A stretch of DNA of 60,919 nucleotides, counting the filler, from Pirum gemmata (Eukaryota), in NCBI GenBank assembly GCA_002812295.1. It is 16 parts of 16 records of this genome, joined end to end, with 100 filler letters (N's around TTAATTAATTAA, not from the genome) between each part and the next. Parts side by side here need not be neighbours in the genome. Positions count along the whole stretch, not along the records: positions 1 to 3,655 come from PDIN01002119.1; positions 3,756 to 7,412 come from PDIN01002120.1; positions 7,513 to 11,166 come from PDIN01002121.1; positions 11,267 to 14,964 come from PDIN01002122.1; 12 more parts are not named here. One strand, given 5' to 3'. Below the pieces are notes generated by a model that had not been told where the DNA came from, ran no database searches, and was given only the letters and a program-made list of their open reading frames with translations. A program made the translations under genes and the position numbers. Positions 1 through 13,216 of the stretch are shown here, in pieces; the stretch's first letter is position 1, and every line of letters starts with the position of its first letter.

Positions 1-53
1 TCAATCAATCAATCAATCAATCAATAAATAAATAAATAAATAAATATCAATAT

Positions 54-1967
54 TTATTGTTTCTCAGGTACATCAACAAGACAAGCCCTTTTATAAACAT
101 CACCAGTTCCAGTATGAGGTATCACAGTAACATTTTGAAAAGTATTATTCATGTTATCTAAATAAGCATAAAACCTATAACAAGCAACAATATGAGCTGA
201 ACACTGATTATGGCGTCTATTTAATACCTCACAACGATACGTTTGAGCTCTTTTTATCTCTTTAACTAACTGCAAATATTCACTAGTTAATTTTCCTTTA
301 GTTTCTTCATAATTCTTTTTATGATCTTTATTTTTATTAAATGATAACGAAGTGAGCGTATCTTTGAATTGTTTCCCGGCACTTTTCGACCATGCGGCAT
401 CACATTGTTTTTCATATTGACTTTTAGCCTGAGATAACTCTTTTTTATTAATAAATAATAAGGCAGCTTGTTCGTTTCCAAAATATTGTTTATACAGCGC
501 AATTTCTTGGCGAATTTTTTTTTCATAAAGTATTATTAATTCTTCTTGGTATTTGATTTTTAATTGTGCGAAAATTTCGTCTTTGCGTTCGATTGTGACC
601 AAAATATCTTTTTTACTTTTCTTATCCAAGGTTTGGACTAATTTGGTTTTTCGAGAAATTTCCGGATTTAAAAGTCTCCATTCCTCTTTTAATTGTAACC
701 TTAATAGTTTGTTATACTTTAAATTTAAGTTTTGCATTTCTCTGTTCATAAACTCTTTCGCTTTAGCAAATTCTTCCTTATTCATTTCTATTTGTTTCTC
801 TTTAATATTATTAATATTTTGAAATTCATCCGTAAAAATCATCGGCAAAACATGTACTTCAGCCATGCGAGAATTTGCGAAATTTTGCGCTAACGTAGGA
901 GCATAAACTTTTAAATTTTGCGGTAAATTAAATAGTCGCGGGGGTAAAGCGAAAAAGTTTGGAGGTTCATTTCCATAAGGTGCGTCATTAATTTGTTCAT
1001 CGCACATTGGATTATAACTAGATCCTAAACTGGTATTCCCCGTACTTGTAGAACAAGACTGCAATTCGTCGCCAACACCACTAACACTTAACATCGATAT
1101 ACGAGGGTCAAAGTGTGAATTCATATCAATTTGGTTATAAGGTAACATGCCACCAGAATAAAGTTGTGATTGTTGTGATTGTTGTGATTGTTGTGATTGT
1201 TGTGATTGGTGTGATTGTTGTGATTGGTGTGATTGGTGTGATTGAACAGAGTTAACTCTATCTAAACCACTATTATAACTACCCATAGAATTAGGACGCG
1301 AAGAAGTGGTTGAATGAGAAGAATCAGTGACGTTTGGATTTTTTCCATCAATAGGGTAGGTTGGGGCATTACCATTGTAACTAGGGGTGGCTTGTGGGGC
1401 AAAGTGGTGTTGTTGTGAAGGGTTTTGTTGCCCGTTGTGTTGAGGGTAAAATTGGGGTTGTGATAGGTTGAAATGGTGTTGGTTAGGGTAATGTGGTGGT
1501 GGTGGTGGTTGCCCGAATTGCGAAGAATAAGGTTGGCTATATGAATGTTGAAGTTGTTGTGGTGGTGGTTGTGGTTGTTGTTGGGGTTGATATTGTTGTT
1601 GCTGTTGTGGTAAATATTGTTGTGGCTCATAAACATTAGGGGTATGGTTTGCTTGATAACTGACGTTAGGTTCCCATTCGTAAGCTGGGGGGAGATCATC
1701 TACTACATTCCCCTCTGGGATAGCATTTTGATTATTTACAAGTGAATTCCGACTGCTATTTGGACGCGAACGAGTTGGCCTTGTACTTGGGCCATCTGTG
1801 GGTCTTGGTGGCGGTGTGGGGTTCGAGTTCGACCTGGTCAAATCTGACCTTGAGGGAGGTTGTACTGATATTGAATTTGATGTATCGGTGCTTGTGTTTT
1901 GTTTTATTAAATGCAAAGCATTCATTTCTTCGGTTGCCTGTGGCACCATGTTGGCCTGATTATTCAT
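54..1967 (-). CDS. Hypothetical protein, Pro/Gln/Ser-rich N-terminus and predicted coiled-coil C-terminus
   Basis: 637-codon open frame in very AT-rich DNA; QPPP/SQQ low complexity followed by K/E/L-rich helical region. An AG acceptor ~13 nt upstream of the ATG means an upstream exon is possible. Confidence 0.75.
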   Translation of the reverse strand: MNNQANMVPQATEEMNALHLIKQNTSTDTSNSISVQPPSRSDLTRSNSNPTPPPRPTDGPSTRPTRSRPNSSRNSLVNNQNAIPEGNVVDDLPPAYEWEPNVSYQANHTPNVYEPQQYLPQQQQQYQPQQQPQPPPQQLQHSYSQPYSSQFGQPPPPPHYPNQHHFNLSQPQFYPQHNGQQNPSQQHHFAPQATPSYNGNAPTYPIDGKNPNVTDSSHSTTSSRPNSMGSYNSGLDRVNSVQSHQSHQSQQSHQSQQSQQSQQSQQSQLYSGGMLPYNQIDMNSHFDPRISMLSVSGVGDELQSCSTSTGNTSLGSSYNPMCDEQINDAPYGNEPPNFFALPPRLFNLPQNLKVYAPTLAQNFANSRMAEVHVLPMIFTDEFQNINNIKEKQIEMNKEEFAKAKEFMNREMQNLNLKYNKLLRLQLKEEWRLLNPEISRKTKLVQTLDKKSKKDILVTIERKDEIFAQLKIKYQEELIILYEKKIRQEIALYKQYFGNEQAALLFINKKELSQAKSQYEKQCDAAWSKSAGKQFKDTLTSLSFNKNKDHKKNYEETKGKLTSEYLQLVKEIKRAQTYRCEVLNRRHNQCSAHIVACYRFYAYLDNMNNTFQNVTVIPHTGTGDVYKRACLVDVPEKQ

Positions 1968-2041
1968 CCAACTACTTCTAGTAAATAAATATATTATTAG
2001 TATATTATAATATAAAAAGGGGTGTTGAAGGTGAGTTTTAC

Positions 2042-2089
<48 letters not shown>

Positions 2090-2290
2090 AAATGATATGA
2101 TAATAAAAATAATGATGATGATAATGATAATGCTTAATAATAATGATAATAATAATGATAATGATAATAATAATGATAATAATAATAATAATAAAAATAA
2201 CAATGATAATAATGATAATGATGATGATAATGATAATGATGGTGATAATAATAATAATAATAATAGTAATAATAGTAACAATGATAATAA

Positions 2291-2321
<31 letters not shown>

Positions 2322-2345
2322 GTAATGATAATAATGATAATAATG

Positions 2346-2401
<56 letters not shown>

Positions 2402-3550
2402 CATTATCATAATAATAATATATCTATAGGCGGTTCGGTCCGCTGCCAGCACTGTCACATTTAATGTCGAAACAAAAAGAATTGCAATTTTATATAATAT
2501 TATGGCCATGTTTGTTTACTAGCTTTGTTGTTAGTGTCGGTGTTTGAGTTAAAAGTTAGTGTTAGTGTTAGCGTTCAACTGTGGTGTTTAGTGTTAGTGT
2601 TAGTGTTAGTGATAGTGTTAGTGTTAGTGTTTAGTGTCAGTGTTGGTGTTGGTGTTGGTGTTAGTGCTAATATTAGTGTTGGTGTTTCATGTTTAGTGTT
2701 AGGGTTTAGTGTTAGGGTTTAGTGTTAGTGTTAGTGTTAGCATTAGTGTTCAACTGTAGTGTTTAGTGTTAGTGTAAGTGTTAGTGTTAGTGTTTATTAG
2801 CAGTGCAGTGTCAGTATTTAGTGTTAGTGATAAGTATTCATGTTAGTGTTAGTGTTAGTGTTAATATTATTGTTAAAATATTAGTGATAATGTTATTAGT
2901 GCTAGTGTTTAATGTTAGTGTTTAGTGTTAGTGTTTAGTTTTATTGTTAAAATGTTATTAGTGTTAATATTAGTGATAATGTTATTAGTGCTAGTGTTTA
3001 ATGTTAGTGTTTAGCCGAACAGCTGCCGGAACTTTTCCGATTTTTATGGTTTTTATTACTATTAATGTTAATATTATTACTTTAATTGGTATCTACTATA
3101 ATTAGATTTACTATTTTAAGCTATCCACCTCCAAATAAATATTCAGAGTTACAAAAATTTAATAAATAAAAAGCACGATAATAATAATAATTATTGTATA
3201 ATATTATTAAATCCCAAAGTCAAGCGAATGGAAGGATAACATAAAAATAAGAAAACCTAGACAATGAAATTATTTATATAATATATTAGCTGTTAAATAC
3301 AGCCTCAAATACCCCTACCTACCTGCCCCTTGAAGTTAATTTCTCGTCAAATACTACCTACCTACCTACCCCTTGACGTGACGTATTATTTGAATTCATA
3401 TTGATAAAACCAACAAAATAAATAAAATAAAAAAATATATAAATTTGATAAGAAATATAAAGTTAACTATATTAAGTAGCTATGGTGTATACTAGCTGGG
3501 ACTAGCTAGTCAAAAAATAAAATAATATGATAATAATAATAATAATAAAA

Positions 3551-3633
3551 AGGGTTAGGGTTAGGGTTAGGGTTAGGGTTAGGGTTAGGGTTAGGGTTAG
3601 GGTTAGGGTTTGGGTTAGGGTTAGGGTTAGGGT
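3551..3633 (+). repeat. (TTAGGG)n telomere-type tract (interstitial)
   Basis: About 13 GGGTTA units followed by unique sequence; similar tracts recur across the window. Confidence 0.9.
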
Positions 3634-3655
3634 AATATCGTGCTTTTCATTTATT

Positions 3656-3755
3656 NNNNNNNNNNNNNNNNNNNNNNNNNNNNNNNNNNNNNNNNNNNNT
3701 TAATTAATTAANNNNNNNNNNNNNNNNNNNNNNNNNNNNNNNNNNNNNNNNNNNN
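3656..3755. other. Artificial contig spacer N-TTAATTAATTAA-N (also ~7413, 11167, 14965, 18731, 22477, 26271, 30063, 33837, 37579, 42088, 45890, 49631, 53387, 57157)
   Basis: Identical 100-nt block with a six-frame stop linker, spaced about every 3.7 kb. Confidence 0.95.
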
Positions 3756-4904
3756 GTTTGTTGTTTGTTGTTTGTTGTTTGTTGTTTGTTGTTTACTGTG
3801 TGTTGTTTGTTATTGTTATTGTTATTGTTATTGTTATTGTTATTGTTATTGTTATTGTTATTGTTATTGTTATTGTTATTGTTTTTTTTAAAAATAATAA
3901 TAATAATAACAGTTAGACCTGGGGCCTACTAGCTAGCTAGCTAGCTAGCTAGACTCCTACCAGTAGCTAAACTAGCTAGAGTATGAATCTAGCTAGCTAG
4001 GACTTTGAAGTTTGAAGTCCTGAAAAAACCAGTAGACTATCAAAGAATCCAGCACATGTAGACCTAGCTAGCTAGCTAGTAGCTAGACTAGCTAGCTAGA
4101 CCCTCATATAAAATACAGGAATCGGTACTAGGAGCCTAGCTTGTACTTTTCATAATATCAATAATAATAATATCATACCATAATATATTATTATAGTACG
4201 TATATTATATATATACAGTCTATGATTAGCAATTGTATTGTTCTTTTGTTTGTAGAAATACTGGTTTTTAACTTTTTTTCCTAATATTATAGCGTTATAG
4301 TCAATTTTATGTATAATATATTATGTTGTTGGAGTTGTCATTATATTGGGATTTACTTTTAAAAAATACTTTTTTGATGTAGGATAACTTGTAGGATAAC
4401 CATTCTATTCTAAGTTTGCAAGTTTACCTGTGTTCAAAAAATTGTAGTTTGACTTTCTGGTATTAATAGAACTTCTTTGGAAAATTATTGACCTTGAAAA
4501 GGTTGTTTCTTCGACGTCCACTGTTGTGTTGGTTTTCTTTGAGTTAGTATCCATATGTAACTTTTTAAAAATTTTGGTAATTGATTCTCCTGTTTTTGAT
4601 TATTTTTTTCCATTCATTTTGTTCTATATTCCATAGGTTGTTGGGGTTGTTATCATTATAAGTTTTTGCTTTGAAGTTTTTTTCTATGTTTTTTATACTA
4701 CTCTTTGTCATTCCAACTATTTGGGGGTATTACTTTAGAATGGTTTGGGGAACTTTGGGGCTTGAAGCATTTCCTTCTGAGCATTTTCTATTATTAATAT
4801 TATTTTTCTTTTTTCCTTTTTTACCTATCAATACTGATTCCTAGCCTATTTTATTAGTCCCCAAGGACAATGTATTATCGTCTATTCCATTATAGTTGTC
4901 CTCT

Positions 4905-5080
4905 CAATCTTTAATTTGGTACTGTTTAAGTGTATAATCAAACTTTTTATAAAATTGAAATACAACATTTTAAATATAAAATACTAGATTGATTAAAACA
5001 TGTCTGCTAGTTTAACCATAATAATAATTTGGTACATTTATTTCACTTTTTGAACTGAACACCACTATTGAAAAACACTA
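4905..5080 (-). mobile_element. Dispersed repeat family C (other copies ~52515-52655, ~54720-54960)
   Basis: Shared TTTAATTTGGTACTGTTTAAGTGTATAAT...AAAACATGTCTG.TAGTTTAACCATAATAATAATTTGGTAC; end GAAAAACACTATA resembles the family A TIR. Confidence 0.6.
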
Positions 5081-7190
5081 TATTAATATTATATATATAT
5101 TATAAATATATCATTAGCTAGGATGTATTATATTATTTACTAATAAGTATGGATTTTTAGTCAATAATACATAATTATGATGTGTAATATACAATGTCAT
5201 CATGATTATCAATAATAAATAATACATCATGATCATTAAGTAACTATGGTGTATAGCGCTTTTCAGTTGTTTTGTCATCATAAAATATGCAAGGAAGTGT
5301 ACTAAATTATTAATACAATGTGATCCATTTCTTTTTTAATTAATTATAATTTAGTATATTAATATTTTATATATTAATATTAATATTAATATTATCTACT
5401 TATTCAGACTAACAAAATAAATGGAACACTAGTTAGATTTAGCTTTTAACCCCAACCCTAACCCTAACCCTATAGCTAACACTAATTATAACCCTAACAC
5501 TAACCCCCCCTAACCCTAACCCTAACTCTAACCCTAACTCGAATCCTTATCCTAGTTCTGTAAATAAATAAAAGCATTATGATAAAAATCATATATATGA
5601 ACTCTGCTTAATAAGAATGCCCAAGAACCGACCGTGTGGGGTTCTTGTAATGCTTTACTTTATCCGAAAGTATTTTTCATTTGTTTTGGGTTAGCAGTCT
5701 TTTCCAAATAAAAAGTGGATAGTAGAACATACCAAATTAAAAGCTAGATTATGCGTTCCTACTTTTTCTTCTTTCCTCATTGTTATTGTGATTTGTTACA
5801 AGTGATATTTATTTCGTGCTGGCTGTAATTATATATTAATATTATATAATTAAATACAATGTAAAAGAAAAACTTTATTAAATTTTGTTGTTGTTACTTG
5901 TCACTCTTGATTATATATTTATTGGGGAGTATAATCTTTTTTAATTTTAATTAAATTGACTTTTTCAAATTAAAAAATGGATAGTAAAACATACCAAATT
6001 TAAATCTAGATTATGACATTGTGTCCTACTTTTTCTTCTTTCCTCGTGCTCATTGCTATTGTGATTTGCTACAAATGATCCTTTTATTTGCTTCATTACG
6101 GTGTAAAAGAAAAACCTTTTTCCTAAGCTTGTTGCTATCATACTTATTATCATTGAATTATAGTAGAGTCGAACAATTAGACCCTCTAGTCTATGATCCC
6201 CTGTGATCAAACCAGGATTCTAATATTTTTTTTTTTTGAGAATTTTAATTATAAGTTTTGAGGGGGTCTACCAATAATACCAACCCTTTCAAGGTCTCTT
6301 TGTGGTGGTAAACTGATAACTATCTTATCTACCATTATGACTTTATGAGTATAATTGGCCTAGTAGTAACCGCTTGTTACCAAGCCTGTGAGGGCCAGAA
6401 CCCCAGGCTTTCTAACTAAAGAGAGGCACAGTCTTTAGTTAGAGACCACGGCCTAGCTAACTACTAGCTTCTAGCTAGCGATCATCATAGTATGGATATG
6501 ATAGTTAGACTAAGTTTAAGTAATAGTTGATACCGTAGTTGATACAGTGTTGAGCAGTGTTGATACTCACTTGACCGAGTCTAAAAAAAGGGTTACCTTA
6601 TTAGGAGCTCTTTTAGGTCACGAATTAGTGGCTCTGATTAGTGCCTGTGCTAGTGTAGCTACCTGTGAGTCCGGTGAGCCTGTGGCTTCAACTGGCTTGT
6701 CTGTCTGTGGCCGTGAATAACTTGAAGAGATCTGTAGAAGTCTCTTCTCTAGCTAGCTGCTAGACTATCTTCACTTGAAATTTGAAAAGGGAGAAAAAGT
6801 TTTTTTCTTCTTTTTATTCAAAAAAAAAAAAAAATTTAAAAAAAAATTTCTTTTGAAGTTTGAAGTTTGAACTCTTTTGAAAAAATCACAGGAGAAAACC
6901 ATAGAGTCATAGAGTCATAGACTAATTTGTTTACAAATCAATAAGTTTACAAAAATTATTGCTCAGCCAACGGGTTGGCTGGTTAGTTAGCTTTGTTGGT
7001 TCGAATTGTAAAGTTTAAACCAATTAAAAGGCAAAATGTCGGATGAAAATTCAAAATCTAGCCAATGAAAACTCAATGAAACTTCCATGTAATACTCTAT
7101 AGGTCTACCTGCCTTAGTACATGACTATGGAGACCATATTATATAGTATACAATACTAGCTAGTAGTACACTCTACTACACTGATAATAA

Positions 7191-7244
<54 letters not shown>

Positions 7245-7512
7245 TAATATTAATAACAACAACAACAATAATAATAATAATAATAGTAATTGATAATAAT
7301 AATAATAATAATAATATGATAACATTAGTTAATAATAATAATATTATTAAATTTTACATAACGATATAATTTAGAAAACTATTAATTTTATTTTTTTATT
7401 AATTAATTTAATNNNNNNNNNNNNNNNNNNNNNNNNNNNNNNNNNNNNNNNNNNNNTTAATTAATTAANNNNNNNNNNNNNNNNNNNNNNNNNNNNNNNN
7501 NNNNNNNNNNNN

Positions 7513-9983
7513 ATAATAATGATAATGATAATGATAAAAACGATAAAGATAGTAAACATAGACGATATAGCACCGGTCTTTGTCTTAAATCGAGCAGTGT
7601 AGATAGTTCCACAATAAAAAAATCAAAATTAGGTATAATAAATCAAACAACTAATAAACCAAAAAGAAAATCTTTGGGTGGCATAGAATTTATGCAAGAC
7701 GATATTTCTTCTCACGGTAATGATTTTCGAATCCAAAAACATGGTCAGAATTGTAATACTATCAACAGCACCTCAGAACACGCTTTATTTGAGGTAGGTG
7801 ATTTCGGCAGTCCTGGCTGTAGTGATTCTGAAAACAACAATGATAATATGGTCACTTTAAATATTGTCGACAATACTGTTAAACCTCGCAAAAAAAAGGG
7901 TAGATCTGCATCACTATCCGCTACTCAAACTCAAAATGAAAAAATAGTAAAGTCAGTACCACAAAGACCACGTACTGCAAGTGTTTTAATCCCAGACAAA
8001 GAGGCGAAAAACATTGTTAGAAAACAAAGTCGAAGTGAAACATCAGTTCATTCAACTGGGAGATCAGAAAATTCAAGCTTAGGTTCTTATGGCAAGTCTT
8101 CCTCTGATGGTGACGTACCAGGTTTTACCTTTTTTAAAGGCAGTAAAAAGAAAAAAATGTCATTGAACAATGAAGAAATGGTTGTTAGTTTTGATGAAAG
8201 CAAAACAAGTCTTAAAGATGCCCATTATAATATTAGTAATGGTAGTAATAGTGAAAATGCTACTATAGAAAAAAGCATTGGTTGTCTGGTCTCCTATAGC
8301 TCCAATGATGCCGAAAAAAGTAAAAAGCCGAAAATTCTAAAACCTTCAGATATGTGGTTGGCTTCGTTTTATGTTTTATTAAATAACAACAAGAAACACA
8401 TGGACGCTTTGAGGAAAATATTTAAAAAGAGAAAAGTTAAGCAAGGGGAAGTTATTGTACAAAAGGGCGTAGCCACTACAAAATTACACGTTATAGCCAG
8501 TGGTTCGCTGCAAGTTAGTGCAGGCAAAGATGTATTATGCGAATCTACCGTAGGAGAAGTAATCAACGACAGGTTTTTTGATGTTATGTTTGACGGACCA
8601 TTGACTCCCGGTGTGACTATCACTACCTCTGAAAATTGTGTTCTGTACGAAACAACTCGAGATAATATTGTAGATTTATATTCTACTCCAGGATTTGGAG
8701 TGAGAATAGCTGAAAAATTGTCAAAATTAGTAAAAAAAGAAACGTTGAAAGGTGCTTCAGGGCTATTTGCCATTGATTTATTAACTCATTCCCAACGTGA
8801 TGTATTATACCATGTGTTTCGCACCAAAGTTTTAAAGAAAGGTGAGACTTTATACGAAGAAGGTATTTTTCAAAATGAAATGTTTGTGGTTGCCTCGGGC
8901 TCAGTTTCTGAAGTAAGCAATTTAGGAAATCCTAGCTACCAACATTTTTATACTTATAACTCCGGTGATCATTTGGGGGAATTTGCGGTATGTGCCAATG
9001 TACCCCATACCTATAGCGCGGTGGGAGCTGAAGATTCAGTTGTGTTTGGCTTACATGGGAAAGATGTTATTCAGTTCCTTAAGTTTGTTCCCAATATTAG
9101 GAAATTTTGGAAAACTTCTTATGATAAAACTGTGAAAAATAGTATTATCAATCAGTTAAAACGATTTAATGTTCCCTTTTTAGCTAGTTTTACCGAAGAA
9201 CATTATTCAATAATGGCCGGATTAACAACAGTTAAACAATATCCAGAAGATACCGTCGTTTTTAGAGAAGGGGATCACGGAAATACTTTTTATATGATTG
9301 CAAAAGGTGAAATAAGAGTAACCGTAAAAGGGAAAACGGTTGCCAAAATGCAATCAGGAGACTATTTTGGAGAAATAGCTTTAGTTTCTAATATTGAAAG
9401 AACAGCCACCGTAACAACATCTGAAATGTGCGTTTTGTTGTGTTGTTCTAAATCTAACTTTAAAAAATTAACGGACAAATTACCTAGTATGAAAGCTGAT
9501 TTTCAAGCCCACTTAGCTCCTAAAAAAATGACCATACGCGATATCATTCATCACGATACAGCGTTGCACTTTTTTACCAAAATGTTGGAAAAAGAATATA
9601 GTGACGAAAATATGAAATTTATCCAGGCAGTGACCAATTATCGTAAGTTACAGGACAATTCTGTTCAGCAGCTCTCAGCTGCAGAAGAAATAGTTCAAAC
9701 ATTTATGGCGAGAGGATCCAGTTTACCTGTAAACATTGTAGGTGTTGAAAAACTTGAAGTACAAGGAAAGTTAAATTCAAGAAAAATTGATAAAACGTTG
9801 TTTGATAATTCAGTCGAACACGTAATGCATTTACTCAGTACAGATTCATTAAGTAGATTTAAAAACAGTAATTTCTTCAACCAATTCACAGATAGTTTAA
9901 GAAAATACCATATTTCTGATGACCATCATAATCGCACCCGTAAAAAGTCCTTACTAGTTAGAGTCAGAAATATGGATAGATAA
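7513..9983 (+). CDS. Cyclic-nucleotide-binding (3x cNMP) plus C-terminal RGS domain protein, 5'-truncated by the contig edge
   Basis: Frame open from contig start. cNMP motifs GEVIVQKG, GETLYEEG...GDHLGEFA, VFREGDHGNTFYMIAKGE...GDYFGEIAL...RTATV. RGS motif F..MLEKEYSDENMKF...PVNI...LFD...LL..DSLSRFKNS. Confidence 0.88.
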
Positions 9984-10754
9984 TAATGTACAGCAGATGT
10001 TTTTTTTGTTTTTGTTTTTTTGTTTTTTTTTTTCACTTTTTTTTTGTTTTTGTTCCGTTTGTTACTGATATTTGTTTTAGAAATAATAATAAAAGTACAA
10101 TGAATTCATCATGATAAGCTATTTTGATATCTAAAGTCTTCTTTTCTTGGTGTTCAATACTTTCAGGAACACAAGTCAATAAAATTTCTCTTTTATTCCA
10201 TTCTTTAACATAATATTCTCAAATAATAATAATAATAATAATAAAATAAAAAACTTAAGTTTTACAACTAACCAGCCTAGTTTTACAACTAGGCTATTGT
10301 TGAAGTTATTGTTAATTTTTTTATATAAACATAACAGCTAATACCTCGAATAATAGGAGAAGGGACAACAAAAGATAACGCTAACGTCATTTAGCTTAAC
10401 TTTATAATCACCCCCTCCCCCGCTCCCCCCTTTTTTTTGCCCTTGTTAAGGATCGAACACTTTTTAGCTTATCTGTTATTATTTCTCTTAGAAATAAAAA
10501 CAATAATCATGTAGCAGTATAAACAATTTAAATTTATAATCGAAAAGCCCATTTACTATTACTGGGGTTATTGTTAGTTTTTATTGTTACAATAAGTAAT
10601 AGGATAAGGGACATTAACAGATAAATTAACCTTCCTCAAACAACTTACAGGTCGAAAACTGTGAGTGTGTGAAAGAGTGCCAATCTTGAGGCAATCCAAT
10701 TACCTAACGAGTTTAAACTTGAGGTGTTATATGTCGTTTAGTTTAATGTTGACC

Positions 10755-11015
10755 TCATTTTCTTTTTTGCGCCTGATAAAGATTAAAGACAAAATACTTG
10801 TCTAAATATTCTACAATTTTAAAATGTTTAAATGATAAGGCGTTTTTTTTGGCTTTAGTAGTGCACCCTTCATTGCGGTTTTCACATAAGAATTTGACAA
10901 TTTCAAAATGGCCGTTTCGGGAAGAACAGTCCATGGCATATTTAGAACAACCTTCCTCTCTTTTATTATGCAAATACTTAACCACGTGTAAGTGACCATT
11001 TTCGGCGGCAGTGTT
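10755..11015 (-). CDS. Ankyrin-repeat protein, terminal exon or fragment
   Basis: AAENGHLHVVKYLHNKREEGCSKYAMDCSSRNGHFEIVKFLCENRNEGCTT (EGCT..AMD-type ankyrin repeats); CAG acceptor at 11016-11018. Confidence 0.75.
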   Translation of the reverse strand, partial: NTAAENGHLHVVKYLHNKREEGCSKYAMDCSSRNGHFEIVKFLCENRNEGCTTKAKKNALSFKHFKIVEYLDKYFVFNLYQAQKRK

Positions 11016-12107
11016 CTGTGTTTTTATTGATTGGAGTAATTAGTCATGGATTAAGTTAATTGAATGCTTGTTTTATAACCATTGTTTACTAAGCATTATG
11101 GCTTACAATAAATCAAAAGTGAATAATAATAATAATAATATTAATAATGATAATAATAATAATAATNNNNNNNNNNNNNNNNNNNNNNNNNNNNNNNNNN
11201 NNNNNNNNNNTTAATTAATTAANNNNNNNNNNNNNNNNNNNNNNNNNNNNNNNNNNNNNNNNNNNNGGATTAGGGTTAGGAATAGGGTTAGGGTTAATGT
11301 TAGTGTTAGGATTAGGATTAGGATTAGGATTAGGATTAGGATTAGGATTAGGATTAGGATTAGGATTAGGATTAGGATTAGGATTATGATTATGATTATG
11401 ATTATGATTATTGCTTGATTGTTTCAAGAATACAATAAACTGTTTTAAAAATTATTACACTTTGCGTCATTATAGACTAGTAATATATTACGTAAAAAAT
11501 GGAAATTAAGTCATTAACATGTATTGTGTCACAAATATATTTTGCGTCATAATTTGAATTAAATTTACGTCACAAATTGTTAATATAACGTCATAGTTTT
11601 TCACATAGTATAATAATAACTGTTATTTCCTTCGTTATATATACTATTATAAACAGGCTTTCTCGTTTGTTTCGATGCAACGATGGAATCAATAAAGCGA
11701 GGAAATATGACTAATTATATATATTTATAACATGTATAATAAACGTCAACATTAATGGTGAGAGCTGATACTGGTTGATTTCTTCCTTGTGGACTTATTA
11801 TAACTGGAGCATGGATTTGGGGCGGTAATTGAAACAAGTAATCATCCAAATAATATTAATTGTTAGTAATTTTTTTTTTTTGCTTTTTTTTTAATCTTAT
11901 TATCATTATTATTAAATTGATATTATTGATTAATATTATCTGTATATTAGAAGTATATTATATTATTACATTATTGTATGCCAACGTAAGGTTTAAGATC
12001 TCTAGATGCTTTAATAAACAACGGCACATGCACGGGCGGGATTTTGAATTTTATCCTACAAAAATTTCTAAAGGGAGGTAAGGACGTCCTCGAAATGGGT
12101 ATACTAC

Positions 12108-12171
<64 letters not shown>

Positions 12172-13216
12172 TATTGGAATTTCGTGACCAATATTAATTA
12201 ACTATTAATTATGAATAATTTATGACCAATTTTAATTATAGTAAGTGGGTAGCATTTTCAGAAGAGGACGTCATTTTTAAAAGGCATGACTTATATAATA
12301 TGTCTAAAACTCTTTTATTGTATTTAGGGCATAGTAAATATATTTAGGGCATAGGGGGGTTAACAAGCAAGTCCAAAATAACAATAATAATATTAATAAT
12401 AATATATTATAATAATATTTTTTATGCATATGTAATGCAATATTAATATATATCATAATAACAATAACATTAATAATAATAATAATAATAACAGTTAAAA
12501 CGTATTAGAATACCATGTAGACCGCGTATTACGAAGTAAACGTAAATAAAATAGAAACGAATTTTATTATAGGATATACAATGTCATAACAATGTAGCAA
12601 TATTATATAAAACTATACCGTTATTAATAACAGTATAACAATATATATATAGATAAAATAGTATATATATTATAACAATATAACAGAATATTAATATAAT
12701 AATAATACAACAGAATAATATTAGTGTAACAACAACAATAATAATAACAATTGATACATACATAATGCAATAACAATATTAATATTATATAATGTTAACA
12801 ATGTATATAACGTACGTTAGCAGTAAAACGTTAAAACAATATAACAATTAATATTAATATGTATAATATTATATATTAATAACAATAATAATATAATAAT
12901 TGATATAATATAATATCAATATTAATACAATAATAATATCATATAATAATATCAAGGTATACATAATTATAATGTTAGCAGTATAACGCGTACGTGAACG
13001 TTAACAATATAACATTGTAACAATAGCAATAACAATATATATAATATAACAATAATTTATAACAATAACAATTAATAATTAAAACATATATATGTATATA
13101 TATAACTATATATATATATTATATATAATTACATTATAATTTAATAATGCAATAGTATAATATAATATAATTGCTTTTATTGTATGTGCATTTACTGTTT
13201 ATTCTTCGTTTATTTT

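Noticed and set aside
1997..2509. Signal-peptide-like MAIILYKIA... exon joined to 54-1967 through a non-canonical AT donor
   Set aside because: No U12 consensus (RTATCCTT); canonical splice sites fit the opposite strand better
3700..3711. Recurrent TTAATTAATTAA palindrome at regular spacing
   Set aside because: Always embedded in Ns; an artificial six-frame-stop contig linker
4250..4900. Possible retroelement relic (NLWNIEQNEWKKIIKNRR on minus; related copy ~30430-30590)
   Set aside because: Too decayed; no RT or transposase motif recognisable
8369..9889. Antisense ORFs overlapping real genes (also 26865, 39271, 39463, 48367)
   Set aside because: Shadow frames of well-supported CDSs with no independent features
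10438..10480. tRNA-like GTTCGATCC on the minus strand
   Set aside because: No cloverleaf or acceptor stem
11700..11850. Alternative genetic code (TGA read-through)
   Set aside because: Clear genes translate in the standard code, and TGA ends the lactonase-like gene
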